Source of the DNA: an uncultured bacterium
GTDB lineage: Bacteria > Patescibacteriota > Minisyncoccia > UBA6257 > 2-01-FULL-56-20
Direction: 5' to 3'
Length of the DNA: 64,000 nt
Assembly (NCBI GenBank): GCA_963719425.1
Contig: OY970382.1
Coordinates: 522,880 to 586,879, forward strand
Shown here: in pieces, positions 8,595 through 18,228 of the stretch
Position numbering within the stretch: the stretch's first letter is position 1
How the letters are laid out: the number at the start of each line of letters is the position of its first letter
Notes under the pieces: generated by a model
The model's input: the letters and a program-made list of their open reading frames with translations, nothing else
Database searches by the model: none
What the model was told of the DNA's origin: nothing
Position numbers and translations under genes: made by a program

Positions 8595-8861
8595 TCAGGC
8601 CGCGGGAAGGTCGTTGATCAAGAGCTCGTCCGTGAGAGACGAAGCGATACCCTTTCGGGCCTTAATTTCGGCTTTGAGATAATCGATTCGCGCTGCATCC
8701 TCGGGGCAGGATTCCATTCTTTGCGCCTCGTCCTCGACTATGCGAAGGTTTTCTTGGAGATCCGTGATTTCACCTTGAACTTGCTTCAACGTCTCCGTAA
8801 CCCTCAAACGCCGTTGTGCAACTGCCCGCGCCCGAAAATATTTTCCAATATTGATTATCAT
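8595..8861 (-). CDS. Hypothetical coiled-coil protein (88 aa)
   Basis: ORF with charged heptad-like composition. Confidence 0.35.
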   Translation of the reverse strand: MIINIGKYFRARAVAQRRLRVTETLKQVQGEITDLQENLRIVEDEAQRMESCPEDAARIDYLKAEIKARKGIASSLTDELLINDLPAA

Positions 8862-8995
8862 AGCTCCTCCTTCGTCAGGTTTCTGCTGTCATTATCATAA
8901 CATATCAGCTACAATTATGTCAACCTTTCGTGGGTACATTCAACCCTGATGTACAAAGATACTCTTTTTTCTTCCAGCACCGACAAGGTCTACGA

Positions 8996-9060
8996 GCACG
9001 AAGCATCCCTTCCTGCCAAATTCGTCTTCGTAGGAGGCAAGAAGGGATGCTTCGTGCTCC
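8996..9060. terminator. Strong hairpin (24-bp stem gagcacgaagcatcccttcctgcc / ggcaagaagggatgcttcgtgctc) just downstream of the 9064 pilin gene stop
   Basis: Perfect inverted repeat read directly. No canonical U-tract. Confidence 0.4.
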
Positions 9061-9063
9061 TCC

Positions 9064-9450
9064 TTATTGGATGGTCTGCCACGAAACGACGCTTGGCTGG
9101 TCAGTAGTGGTATTTATGGAAACGATGACACTCATCTTCCTTGTATGCCCCGAAACTGTCGCCACGGATAGGATCGTTGCAAGCCCGGCTGCCTGGGTAA
9201 CACTAACCACTGCCGTTGAACTCCCCACCGCTACCTGATAACTGCTTGTGGCGAAAGCGGGATTGCGGTCAAGCCAAAGCAGCGCGTCTTCCACCCCCGA
9301 TGTCGCTACCGCCTCTGCCTGCGCCGACGCCCGATAACCATAGCCGGTATCAACAAGCGAGTTGGCAAAAAACGCAAGGGTAAGACTGACAAGGATAACT
9401 ATCACGCCGATCAAAAGCATGAATGTCAAAAACATCTGGCCACGATTCAT
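9064..9450 (-). CDS. Pilin-like protein (prepilin N-terminal helix)
   Basis: Start moved to the internal MNRGQMFLTFMLLIGVIVIL, which is prepilin-type hydrophobic. The rest is T/S-rich and beta-rich. Confidence 0.5.
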   Translation of the reverse strand: MNRGQMFLTFMLLIGVIVILVSLTLAFFANSLVDTGYGYRASAQAEAVATSGVEDALLWLDRNPAFATSSYQVAVGSSTAVVSVTQAAGLATILSVATVSGHTRKMSVIVSINTTTDQPSVVSWQTIQ

Positions 9451-9529
9451 CTCATTGATTATACCATTCGGCCGGACCAGATCGCAGGGCGCCGCAGGCC
9501 CGGGCCGCAAGGCCGCGTCGAAATCGGAC

Positions 9530-10045
9530 TCAATAACTCACGGTCCCGGACGAAGCAATGGAAATAGTGGAGGAAAGCGACGCCGTGCCCAGCGAGTAGA
9601 GCCTAACGCTCGTTGCAACCGAAGCGGCGCCGGTGATCTGTGAAAACGTGATGTCGATCGCTGCGCCGGAAGCGAGCGTCGCGGTGGCATAGGCGACGGA
9701 CGACGGCAGGCGGTAATACCCCGCAATCGCCGACGTAGCGTAGGTAGAGGAGGCAAAGAGGGCGTAGAACGGCGTGGTCGTTGTCGTATTCGCAAGATGC
9801 ACGCCCCACGAAACGCCCTGCTCCTGCGCCATTGAATCGCTTTGCGCTTCGCGGAGCAATGCCACAATATTTTCCGTGGCGCCGTTCAAATCCGCCTCGT
9901 TGCGGCCTCCAAATAAATTGGCGGTGCGGAGCAGAACAATGAAAGCGACGAGGAGCGCAACCGCGGCGATAATTTCTATGAGCGTAAATCCCGTGCGGCG
10001 GGCGTTGGCATCGGCGTCGGCGAGCACTTCGCGGAGAGTTTTCAT
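9530..10045 (-). CDS. Type IV pilin / pseudopilin
   Basis: Canonical prepilin cleavage motif RRTGFTLIEIIAAVALLV (G|FTLIE). Confidence 0.65.
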   Translation of the reverse strand: MKTLREVLADADANARRTGFTLIEIIAAVALLVAFIVLLRTANLFGGRNEADLNGATENIVALLREAQSDSMAQEQGVSWGVHLANTTTTTPFYALFASSTYATSAIAGYYRLPSSVAYATATLASGAAIDITFSQITGAASVATSVRLYSLGTASLSSTISIASSGTVSY

Positions 10046-10054
10046 TTCCTTTCG

Positions 10055-11056
10055 CTAAATGGACTTTGCCCGATACGCTTTCGGCGCTTTGCGCAAAAAT
10101 TGCATGAGCCTCGGCTTTGTAAGCAATCCCGTCTGCGCCCCAAAGAACTGCACCACGTGCATGGATTCAATTGGCGCCCAGCGCAGCGCTTCGTGCACCG
10201 GGAGGCCGTAGATGAGCGCGCAGAGGAACCCGGTGGAGAACGCGTCACCCGCGCCCGTGCGCGAAACCGGCGGCTTGGGATCCGGATACGACGGCATGAA
10301 ATACCGCGAGGTCCCATTGGAGGCGTAGGCACCTTTGGGTCCATCCGTGATCGCGACGATCGTGGGACCTAGTTTGTGGAGCGCCTCAAAGAGCGCGCGG
10401 ATGTCGGTGCCTTCCCTTTTCTTTGCCACGAGCTCCGCTTCTTCGCGATTCACGAAAAGTACGTAGGTGCGCTTGTAAACGTCTTTCAGCTTGTCCGCGC
10501 CGAAGCGAAGTTGAAACGTGCCCGGGTTGAACCCCATCCGCACCTCGGGATGCCGCTTCATATACGCCGCAATCTTGTGATGGAGCGGCAGCGTATGTTC
10601 GCCAATGGAAGAGAAATAGAGCCAATCGGTCCGCCGGTCCAGCGCGCGCGGATCCGCATATTCGTAATCCTCGTGCTTTATCAAAATCGTCCGCTCGGCT
10701 TTGAAAGTCAGCACAAAATGATAATTCGTCGGCTTTTGTGGATTTATTTTCACGAACTCCGGCGATACGCCCTCTTTCCGATATACGTCAAGGATCTCCT
10801 CACCGTAGTAATCCTTTCCAATGGCGGCGAGCATCGCCGTACGAAGCCCGAGGCGGCTCGCGCCCACCGCAACGTTTGAGGCATTCCCCACGGCGGGAGC
10901 AACGATGAGCGATTCGTACGGAATCTTGTCCGCGAACGACATGCAAAGCTGACAGCGCTCGTGGTCCAGATCGCAATGCACTGATGCCTCGTGCAGCTGA
11001 ATGAACGCGTCAATCACCACGTCACCCACGCACACCAAGTCATATTTTTGTTTCAT
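10055..11056 (-). CDS. PfkB-family carbohydrate/nucleoside kinase (ribokinase-like)
   Basis: N-terminal DLVCVGDVVID and C-terminal GAGDAF anion-hole motif. Start set at MKQKYDLV. Confidence 0.75.
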   Translation of the reverse strand: MKQKYDLVCVGDVVIDAFIQLHEASVHCDLDHERCQLCMSFADKIPYESLIVAPAVGNASNVAVGASRLGLRTAMLAAIGKDYYGEEILDVYRKEGVSPEFVKINPQKPTNYHFVLTFKAERTILIKHEDYEYADPRALDRRTDWLYFSSIGEHTLPLHHKIAAYMKRHPEVRMGFNPGTFQLRFGADKLKDVYKRTYVLFVNREEAELVAKKREGTDIRALFEALHKLGPTIVAITDGPKGAYASNGTSRYFMPSYPDPKPPVSRTGAGDAFSTGFLCALIYGLPVHEALRWAPIESMHVVQFFGAQTGLLTKPRLMQFLRKAPKAYRAKSI

Positions 11057-11156
11057 CTTGCTTTTATTATATCGCATCCCTCTATTTCGCCAAGCATATC
11101 TAAAAGTAGCTCATCCTTGAAAGACGGCCTTTAGGGTGGTAATGTGCTCATAAACC

Positions 11157-11768
11157 ATGCCGCCAGAAATTTCACCCGAGCCCGCAGTGCAAGAAGAAGA
11201 AAGCCTGGAAGTCCAGCTCCGCATATTGAAAGAGGAAGTTGCTCGGCTCAAGCAACAAAATGTTGCATTGGAAACAGAAAATGCCCGCCTCATACAAAGG
11301 AGTGCTGACTTAGAAAAAGTCGCCACAAAGGACCTGCTTACCGGCCTTGATAATCGCAGGGGGCTTATAGAAAAGATGGATTCAAATCCTCCGCTAAAAG
11401 GCGAGGAGAGGCGCGAAAAACAGAAGCCAATGGCCGTTCTTGTTCTCGACATTGATAATTTTAAAATCGTGAATGATGCGTATGGCTACGAAAAAGGCGA
11501 TGAAGTTCTTCGGAATGTTGCTCTCATACTACAAGAAATCGTCCGACACGGGGACTGCGTCGGCCGTTGGGGAGGAGAAGAATTTGTTATCGTTTTTCGC
11601 AATGCAACCGCGCAAGACGTCATTGATAAATTCCATAAAGGAAGAGAGACTGCTGGACTGAGTTTTGGTGTGACAATCGGCGAAGAAAAAATGGATATCA
11701 CGTTCAGTGGCGGGGTTGCCGAATTCAACGTTAATGGGCCGATTGAAGCAACAATCGACAGGGTATGA
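11157..11768 (+). CDS. GGDEF-domain diguanylate cyclase with N-terminal coiled coil
   Basis: GGDEF-domain sequence LTGLDNRRG ... VLDIDNFKIVNDAYG ... RWGGEEF, containing the GGEEF active-site motif. Confidence 0.7.
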   Translation: MPPEISPEPAVQEEESLEVQLRILKEEVARLKQQNVALETENARLIQRSADLEKVATKDLLTGLDNRRGLIEKMDSNPPLKGEERREKQKPMAVLVLDIDNFKIVNDAYGYEKGDEVLRNVALILQEIVRHGDCVGRWGGEEFVIVFRNATAQDVIDKFHKGRETAGLSFGVTIGEEKMDITFSGGVAEFNVNGPIEATIDRV

Positions 11769-11825
11769 AAAACACTCCGTGTCGCCAAGGAGAGCGGAAA
11801 AAATAGAATTATAAACGCTGGCACC

Positions 11826-12818
11826 CTACCGCCCCCTGCGTAACGCCCTCTTGACCGCAGACTTAATATCTTTCACGCCCATTCCGTATTTCTCAATCAG
11901 CGCGTCCGGCGGGCCGGATTCGCCGAATACATCGTGCAAACCGATGAATTCCATGGGCGTGGGGGCGTGCTTCGCAAGCGCTTCCGCAACCGCGCCGCCC
12001 AATCCCCCGCTCACCTGATGTTCTTCCACGGTCACGACTGCGCCGATCTTTTTCGCAAGCTCCACGATCTTCTTTTCGTCCAGCGGCTTTATTGTGTGGC
12101 AATTCATAACGACCGTGCCAATTTTTTCCTTCTCCAATTCCCGCGCAGCGACGAGCGCATGATAGAGAATCCCCCCGCAGCCGATAATGAGTACCTGCGG
12201 TTTTTTTGATTCCCAGAAAATCTCCGCCTTGCCGGGCACATAGGGCGTCTCCTCAGTCGTCACAACGGGGGTCTTCTCGCGCCCGAAGCGCAGATACACG
12301 GGTCCCCAGATCCGCGCCGCCGCGAGCGTCGCTTTCTTCGCTTCCACCGCATCGCATGGCACGAACACTTTCATATTCGGCATCGCCCGCATTATGGCGA
12401 TATCCTCCGTCGCCTGGTGCGTCGCGCCGTCAGCTCCCGCGGAAACACCTGTATGATGCCCCGCAATCTTCACGTTGGCGTCGTTATAGGCAATGGTGGT
12501 CCTGATCTGCTCCCAATTGCGGCCGGGAGAAAACGTGGCGAAGGACGCAATGAACGGGGTTTTGCCCGAAACGCCCAGGCCAGCGGCGATTGCCGCCATA
12601 TTCTGTTCCGCAACGCCCATTTCTATGAATCGCTCCGGGAATTTTTTCGCGAACGCCTCGGTGCGCGTGGATTCCGTAAGGTCGGCGCACAGCGCGACCA
12701 CGTTCCGGTTTCCCTCCCCCGCCGCGAGCAAACCCCCGCCGTATCCGTCGCGCGTCGGCCTCCGTTCCACGTCGGCATCAAACAATTTCGGATTCAGTTT
12801 TGCATCAGGGTTCAGCAT
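11826..12818 (-). CDS. tkt: Transketolase, C-terminal subunit (pyrimidine-binding and C-terminal domains)
   Basis: FIEMGVAEQNM, GATHQ and related Tkt C-half motifs. About 330 aa, so a split-type transketolase. Confidence 0.85.
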   Translation of the reverse strand: MLNPDAKLNPKLFDADVERRPTRDGYGGGLLAAGEGNRNVVALCADLTESTRTEAFAKKFPERFIEMGVAEQNMAAIAAGLGVSGKTPFIASFATFSPGRNWEQIRTTIAYNDANVKIAGHHTGVSAGADGATHQATEDIAIMRAMPNMKVFVPCDAVEAKKATLAAARIWGPVYLRFGREKTPVVTTEETPYVPGKAEIFWESKKPQVLIIGCGGILYHALVAARELEKEKIGTVVMNCHTIKPLDEKKIVELAKKIGAVVTVEEHQVSGGLGGAVAEALAKHAPTPMEFIGLHDVFGESGPPDALIEKYGMGVKDIKSAVKRALRRGR

Positions 12819-12827
12819 GGCGCGTTG

Positions 12828-14387
12828 TTATTGATGCTCCGAATGTATTTTCCCGCGCAGCGTCCGGAGTTCGGCGAGCGCTTTCTGCGCTTCCCCCGGC
12901 TTGAAGGGCTTCGCGTGCCAACGGTAATCGTTTTCCATAAAATCCACGCCTTTGCCGGGGATCGTGTGCGCGATGATGCAGGTCGGCATCTCGTAAACGG
13001 CCTTCGCTTCGTTCACCGCCGCGACGATCTCTTCAAAGCTGTGGCCGTCAATTTCCAAAACATGCCAGTTGAACGCTTCGTACTTCGCGCGCAAGGGCTC
13101 TAACGGCATCACGTCCTCGGTGAAGCCGTCAATTTGGATATTGTTGCGGTCCACGATAACGGTAAGATTGCTCAAGCGATGTTTCCCGGCGAACATAACC
13201 GCTTCCCACGTGTTGCCTTCCTCATGCTCTCCGTCGGAGGTCACACAATACGTCCGCCATTTTCTGCCGTCCATGCGCGCCGCAAGCGCCATACCAACCG
13301 CCTGCGAAATACCGGAGCCAAGCGGACCGGAGGTTGTCTCAATGCCGGGAAGGGCGGTGCGGTGCGGATGGCCCTGCAGCCGCGTGCCGAGGTGCCGCAG
13401 CGTCTTCAATTCCTCCACCGGGAAATACCCGGCATGCGCGAGTGCGGCGTACTGCACAGGGCAATAATGGCCGCACGAAAGCACCAGGCGATCGCGCTCC
13501 GGCCAGCCAGGCCGCTTGGGATCATATCGCAAAATATGGAAATACAGCGCGGTAAAAATTTCGGCCATGCCGAGCGGTCCCGCGATGTGGCCGGAGCCCG
13601 CATGTGAGACCATTTCAATCACGTCCTCGCGCAGGCGTGTAGCCATCAGCTCCATCTCCCGCAATTTTTTCTCAGTGAGTGGTTCCATGAGCATGTTGCG
13701 CGCATGCGCCTCAACCGTCGCGCGGTACCATTCCGAACGCGGAAGGCGCGCGTGCACAAGGTCATCATACGCCGCAGCCGGATCGTCGCTCCCAAAAATG
13801 TAGTTCCCCGACACCACGACGTCCGCGCCGGCTGCCTTCGCGCGCCGCGCAGTCAAGGGCACGATCCCGCCATCCACTTCAATTATAGCGCGGGGCATCT
13901 TTCGCCTCAAAAACCTGATCCTCGCGAGCATGAGTGGGAGAAATTTCTGTCCCGCGGGACCGGGGTAGACCGCAAGCACCTGAAACCGCGTTATTTTCCC
14001 GAAATAGGGTTCCAGTTTTTTTACGGAGGTTTCGGGATTCAGGGCGAGCATCACCTCCGCGCCGCGCGCTGCACACTTTTCACGGATCGCATTGAGTGTT
14101 TTTTCACTTACGGTTTCTACGTGCACGATGAAGCGCCTGGCGCCTGCCGCGAGCCACCGTTCAATGTACGATTCCGGCCGTTCCACCATCAGGTGCACCT
14201 CCAGATTGAACGGCGCGCGGAGATTCGCCCATTCCGTGGGATTCGCCCACGTTTTGTGGAACGTAAACGCCCCGTCGGCGACGTCAAGATGAAAAAACGT
14301 GCCGCTCTCCAAAAACGCTTTCGCAGCTTCCACCCGCGCCCGCGCACAACGGAAGTCTGGACAATTGATAATGGGAAGGATTTCCAT
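12828..14387 (-). CDS. rpe: Fusion protein: ribulose-phosphate 3-epimerase (N-term ~220 aa) + transketolase N-terminal (TPP-binding) subunit
   Basis: N-terminal HLDVADGAFTF ... VHLMV ... IEVDGGI matches Rpe. C-terminal SGHIAGPLGMAEIF ... GHY ... SDGEHEEGNTWEA matches the Tkt TPP domain. Single ORF of 519 aa. Confidence 0.8.
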   Translation of the reverse strand: MEILPIINCPDFRCARARVEAAKAFLESGTFFHLDVADGAFTFHKTWANPTEWANLRAPFNLEVHLMVERPESYIERWLAAGARRFIVHVETVSEKTLNAIREKCAARGAEVMLALNPETSVKKLEPYFGKITRFQVLAVYPGPAGQKFLPLMLARIRFLRRKMPRAIIEVDGGIVPLTARRAKAAGADVVVSGNYIFGSDDPAAAYDDLVHARLPRSEWYRATVEAHARNMLMEPLTEKKLREMELMATRLREDVIEMVSHAGSGHIAGPLGMAEIFTALYFHILRYDPKRPGWPERDRLVLSCGHYCPVQYAALAHAGYFPVEELKTLRHLGTRLQGHPHRTALPGIETTSGPLGSGISQAVGMALAARMDGRKWRTYCVTSDGEHEEGNTWEAVMFAGKHRLSNLTVIVDRNNIQIDGFTEDVMPLEPLRAKYEAFNWHVLEIDGHSFEEIVAAVNEAKAVYEMPTCIIAHTIPGKGVDFMENDYRWHAKPFKPGEAQKALAELRTLRGKIHSEHQ

Positions 14388-14397
14388 GCTAGGTGTG

Positions 14398-14850
14398 TCA
14401 GTGATTGATCTCTATAGCCCTGACCTTTTCCAACCGGCGCGCGTATTTCTCTTCTTTCGCGAACGGCGTTCCGAGGAACACTTTCACAATCTTCAAGGCG
14501 GTCGGTTCATCCAGGAAGTCCGCCGCGAGCGCAAGGACATTCGCATCGCTGTCGTGGCGCGCCTGGTACGCGTGATCCGGTGACATTGCGAGGGCGGAGC
14601 GCACGCCGTCCACCTTGTTCGCCGTAATGTCCATACCGAATCCCGACCTACAAATCAGAATGCCGCGGTTCTGCATCGGATCCGCGCTTACTTTCTTTGC
14701 TACGATAAGCGCGTAATCGGGATAGTCATCGTCCGGCACCACCATCGCGGCGCCGCAATCCACAACCGTGTATGCTTCGTTCGCGAGCGCCGCCTTCAGA
14801 TATTCTTTCAAGTTGAATCCCCCGTGATCCGCACCGATGTAGATAGTCAT
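14398..14850 (-). CDS. rpiB: Ribose-5-phosphate isomerase B
   Basis: RpiB/LacAB fold MTIYIGADHGGFNLKEYL ... ICRSGFGMDITANK; 150 aa. Confidence 0.85.
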   Translation of the reverse strand: MTIYIGADHGGFNLKEYLKAALANEAYTVVDCGAAMVVPDDDYPDYALIVAKKVSADPMQNRGILICRSGFGMDITANKVDGVRSALAMSPDHAYQARHDSDANVLALAADFLDEPTALKIVKVFLGTPFAKEEKYARRLEKVRAIEINH

Positions 14851-14859
14851 AAAAGTTCT

Positions 14860-15891
14860 TTACAATAATGCCGCAACTTTCTCCACGTGCTTCACAAGTG
14901 TGGCAACATACCCAGCCTCGTTGTCGTACCAACTCAAAACCTTCACGAGATCGCCGTCAATCACTTTGGTGAAATTGAGGTCCACGATCGCGCCGTAGGG
15001 ATCGCCCACGATGTCCGAAGAAACCACCTGGTCGCGCGTCACTTTCAATATCCCCTGCCAGCGGGGCGAGGCGGCCGCGTCGGTGAGAATTTTGTTGATC
15101 TCTTCCGCGGAAGTTTCCCGCTTCGCCACAAAGGTAATGTCCGAGACGGAACCCGTGATGGAGGGCACGCGGAAGGCCATGCCATCAAACATTCCTTTGA
15201 GCGATGGAATCGCCCGCGTCACGGCTATTGCTGCACCCGTCGTGGATGGAGAAATGTTCTGCGCGGCTGCGCGGCCGCGCCGGTAATCCTTGCCGCCGCG
15301 AACCGGCCCGTCCACAATACCCTGCGTCGCGGTGTAGGAATGCACGGTGGAAAGCACCGCTTTCGCAATACCCGGATTCTCCCCAAGCACCTCAATCACG
15401 GGCGACGCCGAGTTCGTGGTGCACGAACCGTTGGAAGTGATGGCGCAGGTTTTTATATCGTCCTCGTTCACGCCCATTAAGATCGTCTTCCCGTCCGGCC
15501 CGTCCTCGTCCTTCGCCGGCGCCGTAATCACCACGCGCTTCGCGCCTGCCGCGAGGTGCACTTTGTTCGCGGCAAACGATTCAAAAATCCCCGTGGACTC
15601 AATGACAATATCAATATTCATCGCCTTCCACGGAAGTTGGGCTGCGTCCTTGATCTGTAAAAAATTTATTCCCGTGCCGTCAATGACAAGTTTCCCGTTC
15701 GCAAGATCTGCTTTCACCTCCTTATCGTACCGGCCATACACCGTATCGTACTTCAAAAGATATGCCAAGTTCTCCACGTCGCCCAGATCGTTCACCGCAA
15801 CAATTTCCAAATCGGGCGACTCAAACGCCGCCTTAAAAAACAACCGACCGATCCGCCCAAACCCGTTTATCGCGACGCGTGCTTTTGCCAT
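14860..15891 (-). CDS. gap: Glyceraldehyde-3-phosphate dehydrogenase (type I)
   Basis: INGFGRIGR NAD-binding motif and the SCTTN catalytic-Cys region. Start set at MAKARVAING. Confidence 0.9.
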   Translation of the reverse strand: MAKARVAINGFGRIGRLFFKAAFESPDLEIVAVNDLGDVENLAYLLKYDTVYGRYDKEVKADLANGKLVIDGTGINFLQIKDAAQLPWKAMNIDIVIESTGIFESFAANKVHLAAGAKRVVITAPAKDEDGPDGKTILMGVNEDDIKTCAITSNGSCTTNSASPVIEVLGENPGIAKAVLSTVHSYTATQGIVDGPVRGGKDYRRGRAAAQNISPSTTGAAIAVTRAIPSLKGMFDGMAFRVPSITGSVSDITFVAKRETSAEEINKILTDAAASPRWQGILKVTRDQVVSSDIVGDPYGAIVDLNFTKVIDGDLVKVLSWYDNEAGYVATLVKHVEKVAALL

Positions 15892-15929
15892 TCCTCTATT
15901 ATATACCATTCACGCGGCGAGGCGACGCC

Positions 15930-16448
15930 TCACCCGCCGAGCAACCCAATCTGCACCGCGTCGCCTACCTTTATATTGTCTTTCGCGACCGTGCCCGCAT
16001 TCACTTCAAGCACTTTGTCCGTACCGTCAGGCGAATTATATATCGTGAGTCCCCACAGCGGAGCGCCCGGCTGCGGCTCCGCATTCTGGGCGAAGCCGAG
16101 CACTTCGTAGCCACCCTTGCCGTCCCCGTTCTTGCCCGCGCCGATCCAAATCATATCAATGGGAAAATTCATGTCTTTCATCCAGAAGCTTTGGATTGAG
16201 GGCGCACTAAAGAGGAAAAGCATTCCATGATCCGCTTCCAAGCCCGCGCGGAAGGAGAGACCGCGGGCTTTTTCCATCGTGGTAGAAGCGATTTCCACCG
16301 CAAAGGTCGCCCCGGCGATGCGCACCTCGTTTTTCGCAAGCGGCGGATTCGCTTTTCCGAAAACAAAAAAGTGCGAAACGACCGCCGCCGCTCCCACTAT
16401 TACAATGCCAAGCAAAACCCAGAGCATCATTGCCCACTTCAAATTCAT
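15930..16448 (-). CDS. DUF192 (COG1430) family protein with N-terminal TM anchor
   Basis: GMLFLF ... FWMKDMNFPIDMIWI matches the DUF192 core. Confidence 0.55.
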   Translation of the reverse strand: MNLKWAMMLWVLLGIVIVGAAAVVSHFFVFGKANPPLAKNEVRIAGATFAVEIASTTMEKARGLSFRAGLEADHGMLFLFSAPSIQSFWMKDMNFPIDMIWIGAGKNGDGKGGYEVLGFAQNAEPQPGAPLWGLTIYNSPDGTDKVLEVNAGTVAKDNIKVGDAVQIGLLGG

Positions 16449-16453
16449 TTTCT

Positions 16454-18154
16454 TTATGGTACCACAAAGAAGTCGTTCGCGTTGTTGTCGGTATCTATTA
16501 GCGTGCCGTCCAGCGCGGATTTTCTTTCAAGCACTTGGTTCACCTCGGGATTCGTCTGATACGCCACGCCTTCTGCATACTGCCCGGTCCCCTCGCCCCA
16601 GGCGACGGCGTCAATTATCGTCCCCTTGGCGTCAAGGAGCGCCACGCTGTTATCTGCGGCGAGCGTCGCTGTACTTGTCGCGTTCGCGGCGACTGAATCA
16701 CCAAAACCGTTTTCTGAATTCGCCCACATGAAATATCCGCGGGAGGGCACGGAACTCCCATTTGGGAAAACGCGGAGCGAATAGTCGGTGCCGCTCTTTG
16801 ATTTTTTCCTCAATTTCCACCCGCTCACGTCCACCGCACTCGCCGTCGGATTGAATATCTTCACGAAATCATTCGTACTCACCGCGCCAGCAATCTGAAC
16901 TGCCGCAATCACGAGATGGCTCGCGGCAGTCGTACTCACAACGGTCGTACTCGTGTTCACGTTTGCACTCGCGTTCGTACCCACATCTGTAGATGACGCC
17001 GCGGTTATGGTCGCAGTTGTTGTCGTTGCGCCAGCATTGGTATCGGCATTAGTACCAGTGCTGGCGTTGGTGTTGGAATTCGTACCGGCGCCAGTGGTAG
17101 TCGTAGCATCAGCAATTGTGACGGCACTTCCTGATGTTCCCGCCGCCGCAACCGTCGCAGTTGTTGCGGTTGCAGTTGTTATAGTCGCGATCTGCGCCAC
17201 CGGCACAGAATTTTCCGCCTTTGGCGTGCCGCCGGGCGCCACGCTCGTATGCCACCCTAGGCCGTCCGCGTCGCGCTCAAGTGTCTGCTTTGTTTCGTTA
17301 TTCCCCGCCGGCCAGCCGGATGATGCATCCAAAATATCCGACGCATTGCATGCAGCGTCAACGATCGCAAGCGCGGCGCCCGCGTTGGAGAGCGCACCGG
17401 AATACGTCACATCCGCCAACACCCACGGAACCGCGTCACCGTGTTCAAGAAGTACTAATCCTCCCGCGGGCACGATCGTCCCTGCGCCGAAAACGATTCT
17501 TATGTTTCCTTTCGCATCAAGAACCTGCCAGCCGGAAATATCAAGGGCGGCACCTGAAATATTTTTGAGCTCCATCCATTCGCGACCGCTTGCCGCAAGC
17601 CCACTTTCCCCTATGAGCTGCGGCGATCCCATCCATGCAATCTCGTTCCAAACAAGTTTCCGCGAGAGCGGCGCGGACAGGGCCACTGTGCACTCCGCAG
17701 GCGCGGGCGGCTCGGCAACGGCGGGTGTTCCGGTAGCAACTGGCACTCCGGTGACGGTGGGATCGGAGCCGCTCGCCGCGCCGTTTTGCACAATACCGCT
17801 CATCGCGTCACTTTGCGCACCGTTCTCTGCCGCGGAAGTTCCCGTATCAAATATGACCGTCGGGCTTGCGGGCGCTTCAGGCACGAGAGCTTCTGGCACG
17901 GGAGCGGCAAAATCGGGACTGGAAGAAGATGTGTCGTCCGATCCAAGATCAATCTCCGAAACTTGCTCGTCGGGCGGACCGCCGAAGGTATCGTTCCATG
18001 ATTGCGCGACGATCGCAGCCGTGTTCGCAAGCACGCGGGTGGGCGCGGATGGGAAAAGTATCCATGCGGCAGCCACCGCCACAATGCCCATGCCCACCGC
18101 AACGCCGACGAAAATCCTTTTTATGCTGATAGAGTTTCTCGTACACATGCGCAC
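16454..18154 (-). CDS. Cell-surface protein with two lamin-tail-like domains and T/A-rich linker
   Basis: Two copies of the NEIAWMGS ... ELKNISGAALDISGW-type LTD pattern. N-terminal TM anchor and a long TTATATTAT low-complexity region. Confidence 0.55.
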   Translation of the reverse strand: MRMCTRNSISIKRIFVGVAVGMGIVAVAAAWILFPSAPTRVLANTAAIVAQSWNDTFGGPPDEQVSEIDLGSDDTSSSSPDFAAPVPEALVPEAPASPTVIFDTGTSAAENGAQSDAMSGIVQNGAASGSDPTVTGVPVATGTPAVAEPPAPAECTVALSAPLSRKLVWNEIAWMGSPQLIGESGLAASGREWMELKNISGAALDISGWQVLDAKGNIRIVFGAGTIVPAGGLVLLEHGDAVPWVLADVTYSGALSNAGAALAIVDAACNASDILDASSGWPAGNNETKQTLERDADGLGWHTSVAPGGTPKAENSVPVAQIATITTATATTATVAAAGTSGSAVTIADATTTTGAGTNSNTNASTGTNADTNAGATTTTATITAASSTDVGTNASANVNTSTTVVSTTAASHLVIAAVQIAGAVSTNDFVKIFNPTASAVDVSGWKLRKKSKSGTDYSLRVFPNGSSVPSRGYFMWANSENGFGDSVAANATSTATLAADNSVALLDAKGTIIDAVAWGEGTGQYAEGVAYQTNPEVNQVLERKSALDGTLIDTDNNANDFFVVP

Positions 18155-18228
18155 TGCATCCTACCACGCCGCCCATTAAAACTTTCTTAAAGGAAACTTG
18201 CGCACGGGAATTTTGCTACAATGGACAT

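Noticed and set aside
16953-18179. 408-aa plus-strand ORF
   Set aside because: It is antisense to the lamin-tail protein and low-complexity Ala/Thr/Val translation from the GC-rich strand.
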